From the NCBI GenBank assembly GCA_964057225.1, contig OZ059896.1, positions 4,216,001 through 4,280,000 of the forward strand: 64,000 nucleotides of DNA, written 5' to 3'. This document shows positions 40,101 to 56,600 of the stretch, in pieces. Position numbers and translations under genes: made by a program. This DNA comes from Auanema rhodensis (lineage: Eukaryota > Animalia > Nematoda). Numbering within the stretch: position 1 is the first letter of the stretch; each line of letters begins with the position of its first letter. Under the pieces are notes generated by a model. It had not been told where the DNA came from. It saw only the letters and a list, made by a program, of their open reading frames with translations, and ran no database searches.

Positions 40101-42939
40101 TTTCAAACTCATGGTTACCATGCACCAATATCAATAAAAATTTGTTTTTAGACTAATATGGACATGGAGAATCTATTTTTAAAAACCGCATCTCTTTATC
40201 TTTCACGTGAAGCGAGTTACATACCAAGTGCACATCACGTGTACATTTAATTAGCATAAATTAAAGTTCACGTAAATTTCAAAGTCATGGTTACCATGCA
40301 CCAATATCAATAAAAATTTGTTTTTAGACTAATATGGACATGGAGAATCTAATTTTGAAAACCGCATCTCTTTATCTTTCACGTGAAGCGAGTTACATAC
40401 CAAGTGCACATCACGTGTACATTTAATTAGCATAAATTAAAGTTCACGTAAATTTCAAACTCATGGTTACCATGCACCAATATCAATAAAAATTTGTTTT
40501 TAGACTAATATGGACATGGGGAATCTAATTTTGAAAACCGCATCTCTTTATCTTCCACGTGAAGCGAGTTATATACCAAGTGCACATCAAGTGTACATTT
40601 AATTAGCATAAATTAAAGTTCACGTAATTTTCAAAGTCATGGTTACCATGCACCAATATCAATAAAATTTTGTTTTTAGACTAATATGGACAAGGGGAAT
40701 CTAATTTTGAAAACCGCATCTATTTATCTTTCACGCGAAGCGAGTTACATACCAAGTGCACATCACGTGTACATTTAATTAGCATAAAGTAAAGTTCACG
40801 TAAATTTCAAACTCATGGTTACCATGCACCAATATCAATAAAAATTTGTTTTTAGACTAATATGGACATGGGGAATCTAATTTTGAAAAACGCTTCTCTT
40901 TATCTTTCACGTGAAGCGAGTTACATACCAAGTGCACATCACGTGTACATTTAATTAGCATAAATTAAAGTTCACGTAAATTTCAAAGTCATGGTTACCA
41001 TGCACCAATATCAATAAAATTTTGTTTTTAGACTAATATGGACATGGGGAATCTAATTTTGAAAACCGCATCTCTTTATCTTTCACGTGAAGCGAGTTAC
41101 AAACCAAGTGCACATCACGTGTACATTTAATTAGCATAAATTAAAGTTCACGTAATTTTCAAAGTCATGGTTACCATGAACCAATATCAATGAATATTTG
41201 TTTTTAGACTAATATGGACATGGAGAATCTAATTTTGAAAACCGCATCTCTTTATCTTTCACGTGAAGCGAGTTACATACCAAGTGCACATCACGTGTAC
41301 ATTTAATTAGCATAAAGTAAAGTTCACGTAAATTTCAAAGTCATGGTTACCATGCACCAATATCAATAAAATTTTGTTTTTAGACTAATATGGACATGGG
41401 GAATCTAATTTTGAAAACCGCATCTCTTTATCTTTCACGTGAAGCGAGTTACATACCAAGTGCACATCACGTGTACATTTAATTAGCATAAATTAAAGTT
41501 CACGTAAATTTCAAACTCATGGTTACCATGCACCAATATCAATAAAAATTTGTTTTTAGACTAATATGGACATGGAGAATCTAATTTTAAAAACCGCATC
41601 TCTTTATCTTTCACGTGAAGCGAGTTACATACCAAGTGCACATCACGTGTACATTTAATTAGCATAAAGTAAAGTTCACGTAAATTTCAAAGTCATGGTT
41701 ACCATGCACCAATATCAATAAAATTTTGTTTTTAGACTAATATGGACATGGAGAATCTAATTTTAAAAACCGCATCTCTTTATCTTTCACGTGAAGCGAG
41801 TTACATACCAAGTGCACATCACGTGTACATTTAATTAGCATAAATTAAAGTTCACGTAAATTTCAAACTCATGGTTACCATGCACCAATATCAATAAAAA
41901 TTTGTTTTTAGACTAATATGGACATGGAGAATCTAATTTTAAAAACCGCATCTCTTTATCTTTCACGTGAAGCGAGTTACATACCAAGTGCACATCACGT
42001 GTACATTTAATTAGCATAAATTAATGTTCACGTAAATTTCAAAGTCATGGTTACCATGAACCAATATCAATAAAATTTTGTTTTTAGACTAATATGGACA
42101 TGGAGAATCTATTTTTAAAAACCGCATCTCTTTATCTTCCACGTGAAGCGAGTTACATACCAAGTGCACATCACGTGTACATTTAATTAGCATAAATTAA
42201 AGTTCACGTAAATTTCAAACTCATGGTTACCATGCACCAATATCAATAAAAATTTGTTTTTAGACTAATATGGACATGGGGAATTTAATTTTGAAAACCG
42301 CATCTCTTTATCTTTCACGTGAAGCGAGTTACATACCAAGTGCACATCACGTGTACATTTAATTAGCATAAATTAAAGTTCACGTAAATTTCAAACTCAT
42401 GGTTACCATGCACCAATATCAATAAAAATTTGTTTTTAGACTAATATGGACATGGAGAATCTAATTTTAAAAACCGCATCTCTTTATCTTTCACGTGAAG
42501 CGAGTTACATACCAAGTGCACATCACGTGTACATTTAATTAGCATAAATTAATGTTCACGTAAATTTCAAAGTCATGGTTACCATGAACCAATATCAATA
42601 AAATTTTGTTTTTAGACTAATATGGACATGGAGAATCTATTTTTAAAAACCGCATCTCTTTATCTTCCACGTGAAGCGAGTTACATACCAAGTGCACATC
42701 ACGTGTACATTTAATTAGCATAAATTAAAGTTCACGTAAATTTCAAACTCATGGTTACCATGAACCAATATCAATGAATATTTGTTTTTAGACTAATATG
42801 GACATGGGGAATCTAATTTTAAAAACCGCATCTCTTTATCTTTCACGTGAAGCGAGTTACATACCAAGTGCACATCACGTGTACATTTAATTAGCATAAA
42901 TTAAAGTTCACGTAAATTTCAAACTCATGGTTACCATGC
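34140..42939. repeat. Array domain D: 6-8-mer HOR nested within 14- and 15-monomer duplications
   Basis: Marker monomer (TTCC, TTATATACC, TCAAGTG) at 34140, 35372, 36428, 37836, 40476 (spacings 7,6,8,15). AACAGC/GAGGCG monomer at 34492 and 36956 (+2464). About 37.3-39.1 kb repeats at +2640. Confidence 0.8.
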
Positions 42940-43641
42940 ACCAATATCAATAAAAATTTGTTTTAGACTAATATGGACATGGGGAATCTAATTTTGAAAA
43001 CCGCATCTCTTATCTTCCACGTGAAGCGAGTTACATACCAAGTGCACATCACGTGTACATTTAATTAGCATAAATTAAAGTTCACGTAATTTTCAAAGTC
43101 ATGGTTACCATGAACCAATATCAATGAATATTTGTTTTTAGACTAATATGGACATGGGGAATCTAATTTTGAAAACCGCATCTATTTATGTTTCACGCGA
43201 AGCGAGTTACATACCAAGTGCACATCACGTGTACATTTAATTAGCATAAAGTAAAGTTCACGTAAATTTCAAACTCATGGTTACCATGCACCAATATCAA
43301 TAAAAATTTGTTTTTAGACTAATATGGATATGGGGAATCTAATTTTGAAAAACGCATCTCTTTATCTTTCACGTGAAGCGAGTTACATACCAAGTGCACA
43401 TCACGTGTACATTTAATTAGCATAAATTAAAGTTCACGTAAATTTCAAAGTCATGGTTACCATGCACCAATATCAATAAAATTTTATTTTTAGACTAATA
43501 TGGACATGGGGAATCTAATTTTGAAAACCGCATCTCTTTATCTTTCACGTGAAGCGAGTTACATACCAAGTGCACATCACGTGTACATTTAATTAGCATA
43601 AATTAAAGTTCACGTAAATTTCAAACTCATGGTTACCATGC

Positions 43642-45049
43642 ACCAATATCAATAAAAATTTGTTTTTAGACTAATATGGACATGGAGAATCTAATTTTGA
43701 AAACCGCATCTCTTTATCTTTCACGTGAAGCGAGTTACATACCAAGTGCACATCACGTGTACATTTAATTAGCATAAATTAAAGTTCACGTAAATTTCAA
43801 ACTCATGGTTACCATGCACCAATATCAATAAAAATTTGTTTTTAGACTAATATGGACATGGAGAATCTATTTTTAAAAACCGCATCTCTTTATCTTTCAC
43901 GTGAAGCGAGTTACATACCAAGTGCACATCACGTGTACATTTAATTAGCATAAATTAAAGTTCACGTAAATTTCAAACTCATGGTTACCATGCACCAATA
44001 TCAATAGAAATTTGTTTTTAGACTAATATGGACATGGAGAATCTAATTTTGAAAACCGCATCTCTTTATCTTTCACGTGAAGCGAGTTACATACCAAGTG
44101 CACATCACGTGTACATTTAATTAGCATAAATTAAAGTTCACGTAAATTTCAAAGTCATGGTTACCATGCACCAATATCAATAAAAATTTGTTTTTAGACT
44201 AATATGGACATGGAGAATCTATTTTTAAAAACCGCATCTCTTTATCTTTCACGTGAAGCGAGTTACATACCAAGTGCACATCACGTGTACATTTAATTAG
44301 CATAAATTAAAGTTCACGTAAATTTCAAACTCATGGTTACCATGCACCAATATCAATAGAAATTTGTTTTTAGACTAATATGGACATGGAGAATCTAATT
44401 TTGAAAACCGCATCTCTTTATCTTTCACGTGAAGCGAGTTACATACCAAGTGCACATCACGTGTACATTTAATTAGCATAAATTAAAGTTCACGTAAATT
44501 TCAAAGTCATGGTTACCATGCACCAATATCAATAAAAATTTGTTTTTAGACTAATATGGACATGGAGAATCTATTTTTAAAAACCGCATCTCTTTATCTT
44601 TCACGTGAAGCGAGTTACATACCAAGTGCACATCACGTGTACATTTAATTAGCATAAATTAAAGTTCACGTAAATTTCAAACTCATGGTTACCATGCACC
44701 AATATCAATAAAAATTTGTTTTTAGACTAATATGGACATGGAGAATTTAATTTTGAAAACCGCATCTCTTTATCTTTCACGTGAAGCGAGTTACATACCA
44801 AGTGCACATCACGTGTACATTTAATTAGCATAAATTAAAGTTCACGTAAATTTCAAACTCATGGTTACCATGCACCAATATCAATAAAAATTTGTTTTTA
44901 GACTAATATGGACATGGAGAATCTATTTTTAAAAACCGCATCTCTTTATCTTTCACGTGAAGCGAGTTACATACCAAGTGCACATCACGTGTACATTTAA
45001 TTAGCATAAATTAAAGTTCACGTAAATTTCAAAGTCATGGTTACCATGC
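43642..45049. repeat. 352-bp dimeric HOR of two GGAGAA-type monomers (4 copies; resumes at 46105-46984)
   Basis: TAATTTTGAAAA monomers (43642, 43994, 44346, 44698) alternate with TATTTTTAAAAA monomers (43818, 44170, 44522, 44874). Confidence 0.8.
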
Positions 45050-46984
45050 ACCAATATCAATAAAAATTTGTTTTTAGACTAATATGGACATGGAGAATCT
45101 ATTTTTAAAAACCGCATCTCTTTATCTTTCACGTGAAGCGAGTTACATACCAAGTGCACATCACGTGTACATTTAATTAGCATAAATTAAAGTTCACGTA
45201 AATTTCAAACTCATGGTTACCATGCACCAATATCAATAAAAATTTGTTTTTAGACTAATATGGACATGGAGAATTTAATTTTGAAAACCGCATCTCTTTA
45301 TCTTTCACGTGAAGCGAGTTACATACCTAGTGCACATCACGTGTACATTTAATTAGCATAAGTTAAAGTTCACGTAAATTTCAAAGTCATGGTTACCATG
45401 CACCAATATCAATAAAAATTTGTTTTTAGACTAATATGGACATGGGGAATCTAATTTTGAAAACCGCATCTCTTATCTTCCACGTGAAGCGAGTTACATA
45501 CCAAGTGCACATCACGTGTACATTTAATTAGCATAAATTAAAGTTCACGTAATTTTCAAAGTCATGGTTACCATGAACCAATATCAATGAATATTTGTTT
45601 TTAGACTAATATGGACATGGGGAATCTAATTTTGAAAACCGCATCTATTTATGTTTCACGCGAAGCGAGTTACATACCAAGTGCACATCACGTGTACATT
45701 TAATTAGCATAAAGTAAAGTTCACGTAAATTTCAAAGTCATGGTTACCATGCACCAATATCAATAAAAATTTGTTTTTAGACTAATATGGACATGGGGAA
45801 TCTAATTTTGAAAAACGCATCTCTTTATCTTTCACGTGAAGCGAGTTACATACCAAGTGCACATCACGTGTACATTTAATTAGCATAAATTAAAGTTCAC
45901 TTAAATTTGAAAGTCATGGTTACCATGCACCAATATCAATAAAATTTTGTTTTCAGACTAATATGGACATGGGGAATCTAATTTTCAAAACCGCATCTCT
46001 TTATCTTTCACGTGAAGCGAGTTACATACCAAGTGCACATCCCGTGTACATTTAATTAGCATAAATTAAAGTTCACGTAAATTTCAAACTCATGGTTACC
46101 ATGCACCAATATCAATAAAAATTTGTTTTTAGACTAATATGGACATGGAGAATCTAATTTTGAAAACCGCATCTCTTTATCTTTCACGTGAAGCGAGTTA
46201 CATACCAAGTGCACATCACGTGTACATTTAATTAGCATAAATTAAAGTTCACGTAAATTTCAAACTCATGGTTACCATGCACCAATATCAATAAAAATTT
46301 GTTTTTAGACTAATATGGACATGGAGAATCTATTTTTAAAAACCGCATCTCTTTATCTTTCACGTGAAGCGAGTTACATACCAAGTGCACATCACGTGTA
46401 CATTTAATTAGCATAAATTAAAGTTCACGTAAATTTCAAACTCATGGTTACCATGCACCAATATCAATAAAAATTTGTTTTTAGACTAATATGGACATGG
46501 AGAATCTAATTTTGAAAACCGCATCTCTTTATCTTTCACGTGAAGCGAGTTACATACCAAGTGCACATCACGTGTACATTTAATTAGCATAAATTAAAGT
46601 TCACGTAAATTTCAAACTCATGGTTACCATGCACCAATATCAATAAAAATTTGTTTTTAGACTAATATGGACATGGAGAATCTATTTTTAAAAACCGCAT
46701 CTCTTTATCTTTCACGTGAAGCGAGTTACATACCAAGTGCACATCACGTGTACATTTAATTAGCATAAATTAAAGTTCACGTAAATTTCAAACTCATGGT
46801 TACCATGCACCAATATCAATAGAAATTTGTTTTTAGACTAATATGGACATGGAGAATCTAATTTTGAAAACCGCATCTCTTTATCTTTCACGTGAAGCGA
46901 GTTACATACCAAGTGCACATCACGTGTACATTTAATTAGCATAAATTAATGTTCACGTAAATTTCAAACTCATGGTTACCATGC

Positions 46985-48744
46985 ACCAATATCAATAAAA
47001 ATTTGTTTTTAGACTAATATGGACATGGGGAATCTAATTTTGAAAACCGCATCTCTTTATTTTTCACGTGAAGCGAGTTACATACCAAGTGCACATCACG
47101 TGTACATTTAATTAGCATAAATTAAAGTTCACGTAAATTTCAAACTCATGGTTACCATGCACCAATATCAATAAAAATTTGTTTTTAGACTAATATGTAC
47201 ATGGAGAATCTAATTTTAAAAACCGCATCTCTTTATCTTTCACGTGAAGCGAGTTACATACCAAGTGCACATCACGTGTACATTTAATTAGCATAAATTA
47301 AAGTTCACGTAAATTTCAAAGTCATGGTTACCATGCACCAATATCAATAAAATTTTGTTTTTAGACTAATATGGACATGGGGAATCTAATTTTGAAAACC
47401 GCATCTCTTTATCTTTCACGTGAAGCGAGTTACATACCAAGTGCACATCACGTGTACATTTAATTAGCATAAATTAAAGTTCACGTAAATTTCAAACTCA
47501 TGGTTACCATGCACCAATATCAATAAAAATTTGTTTTTAGACTAATATGGACATGGAGAATCTAATTTTGAAAACCGCATCTCTTTATCTTTCACGTGAA
47601 GCGAGTTACATACCAAGTGCACATCACGTGTACATTTAATTAGCATAAATTAAAGTTCACGTAAATTTCAAAGTCATGGTTACCATGCACCAATATCAAT
47701 AAAATTTTGTTTTTAGACTAATATGGACATGGGGAATCTAATTATGAAAACCGCATCTCTTTATCTTTCACGTGAAGCGAGTTACATACCAAGTGCACAT
47801 CACGTGTACATTTAATTAGCATAAATCAAAGTTCACGTAAATTTCAAAGTCATGGTTACCATGCACCAATATCAATAAAATTTTGTTTTTAGACTAATAT
47901 GGACATGGGGAATCTAATTTTGAAAACCGCATCTCTTTATTTTTCACGTGAAGCGAGTTACATACCAAGTGCACATCACGTGTACATTTAATTAGCATAA
48001 ATTAAAGTTCACGTAAATTTCAAACTCATGGTTACCATGCACCAATATCAATAAAAATTTGTTTTTAGACTAATATGGACATGGAGAATCTAATTTTAAA
48101 AACCGCATCTCTTTATCTTTCACGTGAAGCGAGTTACATACCAAGTGCACATCACGTGTACATTTAATTAGCATAAATTAAAGTTCACGTAAATTTCAAA
48201 GTCATGGTTACCATGCACCAATATCAATAAAATTTTATTTTTAGACTAATATGGACATGGGGAATCTAATTTTGAAAACCGCATCTCTTTATCTTTCACG
48301 TGAAGCGAGTTACATACCAAGTGCACATCACGTGTACATTTAATTAGCATAAATTAAAGTTCACGTAAATTTCAAACTCATGGTTACCATGCACCAATAT
48401 CAATAAAAATTTGTTTTTAGACTAATATGGACATGGAGAATCTAATTTTGAAAACCGCATCTCTTTATCTTTCACGTGAAGCGAGTTACATACCAAGTGC
48501 ACATCACGTGTACATTTAATTAGCATAAATTAAAGTTCACGTAAATTTCAAACTCATGGTTACCATGCACCAATACCAATAAAAATTTGTTTTTAGACTA
48601 ATATGGACATGGAGAATCTATTTTTAAAAACCGCATCTCTTTATCTTTCACGTGAAGCGAGTTACATACCAAGTGCACATCACGTGTACTTTTAATTAGC
48701 ATAAATTAAAGTTCACGTAAATTTCAAACTCATCGTTACCATGC
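46985..48744. repeat. Third, internally deleted copy of the domain C block
   Basis: Same marker order as domain C: TATTTTTC (46985), ATATGTAC (47161), ATTATG (47689), TATTTTTC (47865), TTTTAAA (48041), TTTTATTT (48217). Confidence 0.75.
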
Positions 48745-48920
48745 ACCAATATCAATAAAAATTTGTTTTTAGACTAATATGGACATGGAGAATCTAATTT
48801 TGAAAACCGCATCTCCTTATCTTTCACGTGAAGCGAGTTACATACCAAGTGCACATCACGTGTACTTTTAATTAGCATAAATTAAAGTTCACGTAAATTT
48901 CAAACTCATGGTTACCATGC

Positions 48921-51900
48921 ACCAATATCAATAAAAATTTGTTTTTAGACTAATATGGACATGGGGAATCTAATTTTGAAAACCGCATCTCTTATCTTCC
49001 ACGTGAAGCGAGTTACATACCAAGTGCACATCACGTGTACATTTAATTAGCATAAATTAAAGTTCACGTAATTTTCAAAGTCATGGTTACCATGAACCAA
49101 TATCAATGAATATTTGTTTTTAGACTAATATGGACATGGGGAATCTAATTTTGAAAACCGCATCTATTTATCTTTCACGCGAAGCGAGTTACATACCAAG
49201 TGCACATCACGTGTACATTTAATTAGCATAAAGTAAAGTTCACGTAAATTTCAAACTCATGGTTACCATGCACCAATATCAATAAAAATTTGTTTTTAGA
49301 CTAATATGGACATGGAGAATCTAATTTTGAAAACCGCATCTCTTTATCTTTCACGTGAAGCGAGTTACATACCAAGTGCACATCACGTGTACATTTAATT
49401 AGCATAAATTAAAGTTCACGTAAATTTCAAACTCATGGTTACCATGCACCAATATCAATAAAAATTTGTTTTTAGACTAATATGGACATGGGGAATCTAA
49501 TTTTGAAAACCGCATCTCTTTATCTTCCACGTGAAGCGAGTTACATACCAAGTGCACATCAAGTGTACATTTAATTAGCATAAATTAAAGTTCACGTAAT
49601 TTTCAAAGTCATGGTTACCATGAACCAATATCAATGAATATTTGTTTTTAGACTAATATGGACATGGGGAATCTAATTTTGAAAACCGCATCTATTTATC
49701 TTTCACGCGAAGCGAGTTACATACCAAGTGCACATCACGTGTACATTTAATTAGCATAAAGTAAAGTTCACGTAAATTTCAAACTCATGGTTACCATGCA
49801 CCAATATCAATAAAAATTTGTTTTTAGACTAATATGGACATGGGGAATCTAATTTTGAAAAACGCATCTCTTTATCTTTCACGTGAAGCGAGTTACATAC
49901 CAAGTGCACATCACGTGTACATTTAATTAGCATAAATTAAAGTTCACGTAAATTTCAAAGTCATGGTTACCATGCACCAATATCAATAAAATTTTGTTTT
50001 TAGACTAATATGGACATGGGGAATCTAATTTTGAAAACCGCATCTCTTTATCTTTCACGTGAAGCGAGTTACAAACCAAGTGCACATCACGTGTACATTT
50101 AATTAGCATAAATTAAAGTTCACGTAATTTTCAAAGTCATGGTTACCATGAACCAATATCAATGAATATTTGTTTTTAGACTAATATGGACATGGAGAAT
50201 CTAATTTTGAAAACCGCATCTCTTTATCTTTCACGTGAAGCGAGTTACATACCAAGTGCACATCACGTGTACATTTAATTAGCATAAAGTAAAGTTCACG
50301 TAAATTTCAAAGTCATGGTTACCATGCACCAATATCAATAAAATTTTGTTTTTAGACTAATATGGACATGGGGAATCTAATTTTGAAAACCGCATCTCTT
50401 TATCTTTCACGTGAAGCGAGTTACATACCAAGTGCACATCACGTGTACATTTAATTAGCATAAATTAAAGTTCACGTAAATTTCAAACTCATGGTTACCA
50501 TGCACCAATATCAATAAAAATTTGTTTTTAGACTAATATGGACATGGGGAATCTAATTTTGAAAACCGCATCTATTTATCTTTCACGCGAAGCGAGTTAC
50601 ATACCAAGTGCACATCACGTGTACATTTAATTAGCATAAAGTAAAGTTCACGTAAATTTCAAACTCATGGTTACCATGCACCAATATCAATAAAAATTTG
50701 TTTTTAGACTAATATGGACATGGAGAATCTAATTTTGAAAACCGCATCTCTTTATCTTTCACGTGAAGCGAGTTACATACCAAGTGCACATCACGTGTAC
50801 ATTTAATTAGCATAAATTAAAGTTCACGTAAATTTCAAACTCATGGTTACCATGCACCAATATCAATAAAAATTTGTTTTTAGACTAATATGGACATGGG
50901 GAATCTAATTTTGAAAACCGCATCTCTTTATCTTCCACGTGAAGCGAGTTACATACCAAGTGCACATCAAGTGTACATTTAATTAGCATAAATTAAAGTT
51001 CACGTAATTTTCAAAGTCATGGTTACCATGAACCAATATCAATGAATATTTGTTTTTAGACTAATATGGACATGGGGAATCTAATTTTGAAAACCGCATC
51101 TATTTATCTTTCACGCGAAGCGAGTTACATACCAAGTGCACATCACGTGTACATTTAATTAGCATAAAGTAAAGTTCACGTAAATTTCAAACTCATGGTT
51201 ACCATGCACCAATATCAATAAAAATTTGTTTTTAGACTAATATGGACATGGGGAATCTAATTTTGAAAAACGCATCTCTTTATCTTTCACGTGAAGCGAG
51301 TTACATACCAAGTGCACATCACGTGTACATTTAATTAGCATAAATTAAAGTTCACGTAAATTTCAAAGTCATGGTTACCATGCACCAATATCAATAAAAT
51401 TTTGTTTTTAGACTAATATGGACATGGGGAATCTAATTTTGAAAACCGCATCTCTTTATCTTTCACGTGAAGCGAGTTACAAACCAAGTGCACATCACGT
51501 GTACATTTAATTAGCATAAATTAAAGTTCACGTAATTTTCAAAGTCATGGTTACCATGAACCAATATCAATGAATATTTGTTTTTAGACTAATATGGACA
51601 TGGAGAATCTAATTTTGAAAACCGCATCTCTTTATCTTTCACGTGAAGCGAGTTACATACCAAGTGCACATCACGTGTACATTTAATTAGCATAAAGTAA
51701 AGTTCACGTAAATTTCAAAGTCATGGTTACCATGCACCAATATCAATAAAATTTTGTTTTTAGACTAATATGGACATGGGGAATCTAATTTTGAAAACCG
51801 CATCTCTTTATCTTTCACGTGAAGCGAGTTACATACCAAGTGCACATCACGTGTACATTTAATTAGCATAAATTAAAGTTCACGTAAATTTCAAACTCAT

Positions 51901-53495
51901 GGTTACCATGCACCAATATCAATAAAAATTTGTTTTTAGACTAATATGGACATGGAGAATCTAATTTTAAAAACCGCATCTCTTTATCTTTCACGTGAAG
52001 CGAGTTACATACCAAGTGCACATCACGTGTATATTTAATTAGCATAAATTAATGTTCACGTAAATTTCAAAGTCATGGTTACCATGCACCAATATCAATA
52101 AAATTTTGTTTTTAGACTAATATGGACATGGGGAATCTAATTTTGAAAACCGCATCTCTTTATCTTTCACGTGAAGCGAGTTACATACCAAGTGCACATC
52201 ACGTGTACATTTAATTAGCATAAATTAAAGTTCACGTAATTTTCAAAGTCATGGTTACCATGAACCAATATCAATGAATATTTGTTTTTAGACTAATATG
52301 GACATGGGGAATCTAATTTTGAAAAACGCATCTCTTTATCTTTCACGTGAAGCGAGTTACATACCAAGTGCACATCACGTGTACATTTAATTAGCATAAA
52401 TTAAAGTTCACGTAAATTTCAAAGTCATGGTTACCATGCACCAATATCAATAAAATTTTGTTTTTAGACTAATATGGACATGGGGAATCTAATTTTGAAA
52501 ACCGCATCTCTTTATCTTTCACGTGAAGCGAGTTACAAACCAAGTGCACATCACGTGTACATTTAATTAGCATAAATTAAAGTGCACGTAATTTTCAAAG
52601 TCATGGTTACCATGAACCAATATCAATGAATATTTGTTTTTAGACTAATATGGACATGGAGAATCTAATTTTGAAAACCGCATCTCTTTATCTTTCACGT
52701 GAAGCGAGTTACATACCAAGTGCACATCACGTGTACATTTAATTAGCATAAAGTAAAGTTCACGTAAATTTCAAAGTCATGGTTACCATGCACCAATATC
52801 AATAAAATTTTGTTTTTAGACTAATATGGACATGGGGAATCTAATTTTGAAAACCGCATCTCTTTATCTTTCACGTGAAGCGAGTTACATACCAAGTGCA
52901 CATCACGTGTACATTTAATTAGCATAAATTAAAGTTCACGTAAATTTCAAACTCATGGTTACCATGCACCAATATCAATAAAAATTTGTTTTTAGACTAA
53001 TATGGACATGGAGAATCTAATTTTAAAAACCGCATCTCTTTATCTTTCACGTGAAGCGAGTTACATACCAAGTGCACATCACGTGTATATTTAATTAGCA
53101 TAAATTAATGTTCACGTAAATTTCAAAGTCATGGTTACCATGCACCAATATCAATAAAATTTTGTTTTTAGACTAATATGGACATGGGGAATCTAATTTT
53201 GAAAACCGCATCTCTTTATCTTTCACGTGAAGCGAGTTACATACCAAGTGCACATCACGTGTACATTTAATTAGCATAAATTAAAGTTCACGTAAATTTC
53301 AAACTCATGGTTACCATGCACCAATATCAATAAAAATTTGTTTTTAGACTAATATGGACATGGAGAATTTAATTTTGAAAACCGCATCTCTTTATCTTTC
53401 ACGTGAAGCGAGTTACATACCAAGTGCACATCACGTGTACATTTTATTAGCATAAATTAAAGTTCACGTAAATTTCAAACTCATGGTTACCATGC
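48921..53495. repeat. 8-mer (1408 bp) then 6-mer (1056 bp) local duplications of the D-E-F-ACAAACC cassette
   Basis: TTCC/TCAAGTG monomer at 49448 and 50856 (+1408). GTGTATAT SNP at 52032 and 53088 (+1056). Confidence 0.75.
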
Positions 53496-53671
53496 ACCAA
53501 TATCAATAAAAATTTGTTTTTAGACTAATATGGACATGGAGAATCTATTTTTAAAAACCGCATCTCTTTATCTTTCACGTGAAGCGAGTTACATACCAAG
53601 TGCACATCACGTGTACATTTAATTAGCATAAATTAAAGTTCACGTAAATTTCAAACTCATGGTTACCATGC

Positions 53672-56600
53672 ACCAATATCAATAAAAATTTGTTTTTAGA
53701 CTAATATGTACATGGGGAATCTAATTTTGAAAACCGCATCTCTTATCTTCCACGTGAAGCGAGTTACATACCAAGTGCACATCACGTGTACATTTAATTA
53801 GCATAAATTAAAGTTCACGTAATTTTCAAAGTCATGGTTACCATGAACCAATATCAATGAATATTTGTTTTTAGACTAATATGGACATGGGGAATCTAAT
53901 TTTGAAAACCGCATCTATTTATCTTTCACGCGAAGCGAGTTACATACCAAGTGCACATCACGTGTACATTTAATTAGCATAAAGTAAAGTTCACGTAAAT
54001 TTCAAACTCATGGTTACCATGCACCAATATCAATAAAAATTTGTTTTTAGACTAATATGGACATGGGGAATCTAATTTTGAAAAACGCATCTCTTTATCT
54101 TTCACGTGAAGCGAGTTACATACCAAGTGCACATCACGTGTACATTTAATTAGCATAAATTAAAGTTCACGTAAATTTCAAAGTCATGGTTACCATGCAC
54201 CAATATCAATACAATTTTGTTTTTAGACTAATATGGTCATGGGGAATCTAATTTTGAAAACCGCATCTCTTTATCTTTCACGTGAAGCGAGTTACATACC
54301 AAGTGCACATCACGTGTACATTTAATTAGCATAAATTAAAGTTCACGTAAATTTCAAACTCATGGTTACCATGCACCAATATCAATAAAATTTTGTTTTT
54401 AGACTAATATGGACATGGGGAATCTAATTTTGAAAACCGCATCTCTTTATCTTTCACGTGAAGCGAGTCACATACCAAGTGCACATCACGTGTACATTTA
54501 ATTAGCATAAATTAAAGTTCACGTAAATTTCAAAGTCATGGTTACCATGCACCAATATCAATAAAAATTTGTTTTTAGACTAATATGGACATGGAGAATC
54601 CATTTTTAAAAACCGCATCTCTTTATCTTCCACGTGAAGCGAGTTACATACCAAGTGCACATCACGTGTACATTTAATTAGCATAAATTAAAGTTCACGT
54701 AAATTTCAAACTCATGGTTACCATGCACCAATATCAATAAAAATTTGTTTTCAAACTAATATGGACATGGGGATTCTAATTTTGAAAACCGCATCTCTTT
54801 ATCTTTCACGTGAAGCGAGTTACATACCAAGTGCACATCACGTGTACATTTAATTAGCATAAATTAAAGTTCACGTAAAATTCAAAGTCATGGTTACCAT
54901 GCACCAATATCAATAAAATTTTGTTTTTAGACTAATATGGACATGGGGAATCTAATTTTGAAAACCGCATCTTTTTATCTTTCACGTGAAGCGAGTTACA
55001 TACCAAGTGCACATCACGTGTACATTTAATTAGCATAAATTAAAGTTCACGTAAATTTCAAAGTCATGGTTACCATGCACCAATATCAATAAAATTTTGT
55101 TTTTAGACTAATATGGACATGGGGAATCTAATTTTGAAAACCGCATCTCTTTATCTTTCACGTGAAGCGAGTTACATACCAAGTGCACATCACGTGTACA
55201 TTTAATTAGCATAAATTAAAGTTCACGTAAATTTCAAACTCATGGTTACCATGCACCAATATCAATAAAAATTTGTTTTCAGACTAATATGGACATGGGG
55301 AATCTAATTTTGAAAACCGCATCTCTTATCTTCCACGTGAAGCGAGTTACATACCAAGTGCACATCACGTGTACATTTAATTAGCATAAATTAAAGTTCA
55401 CGTAATTTTCAAAGTCATGGTTACCATGAACCAATATCAATGAATATTTGTTTTTAGACTAATATGGACATGGGGAATCTAATTTTGAAAACCGCATCTA
55501 TTTATCTTTCACGCGAAGCGAGTTACATACCAAGTGCACATCACGTGTACATTTAATTAGCATAAAGTAAAGTTCACGTAAATTTCAAAGTCATGGTTAC
55601 CATGCACCAATATCAATAAAATTTTGTTTTTAGACTAATATGGACATGGGGAATCTAATTTTGAAAACCGCATCTCTTTATCTTTCACGTGAAGCGAGTC
55701 ACATACCAAGTGCACATCACGTGTACATTTAATTAGCATAAATTAAAGTTCACGTAAATTTCAAAGTCATGGTTACCATGCACCAATATCAATAAAAATT
55801 TGTTTTTAGACTAATATGGACATGGAGAATCCATTTTTAAAAACCGCATCTCTTTATCTTCCACGTGAAGCGAGTTACATACCAAGTGCACATCACGTGT
55901 ACATTTAATTAGCATAAATTAAAGTTCACGTAAATTTCAAACTCATGGTTACCATGCACCAATATCAATAAAAATTTGTTTTCAAACTAATATGGACATG
56001 GGGATTCTAATTTTGAAAACCGCATCTCTTTATCTTTCACGTGAAGCGAGTTACATACCAAGTGCACATCACGTGTACATTTAATTAGCATAAATTAAAG
56101 TTCACGTAAAATTCAAAGTCATGGTTACCATGCACCAATATCAATAAAATTTTGTTTTTAGACTAATATGGACATGGGGAATCTAATTTTGAAAACCGCA
56201 TCTTTTTATCTTTCACGTGAAGCGAGTTACATACCAAGTGCACATCACGTGTACATTTAATTAGCATAAATTAAAGTTCACGTAAATTTCAAAGTCATGG
56301 TTACCATGCACCAATATCAATAAAATTTTGTTTTTAGACTAATATGGACATGGGGAATCTAATTTTGAAAACCGCATCTCTTTATCTTTCACGTGAAGCG
56401 AGTTACATACCAAGTGCACATCACGTGTACATTTAATTAGCATAAATTAAAGTTCACGTAAATTTCAAACTCATGGTTACCATGCACCAATATCAATAAA
56501 AATTTGTTTTCAGACTAATATGGACATGGGGAATCTAATTTTGAAAACCGCATCTCTTATCTTCCACGTGAAGCGAGTTACATACCAAGTGCACATCACG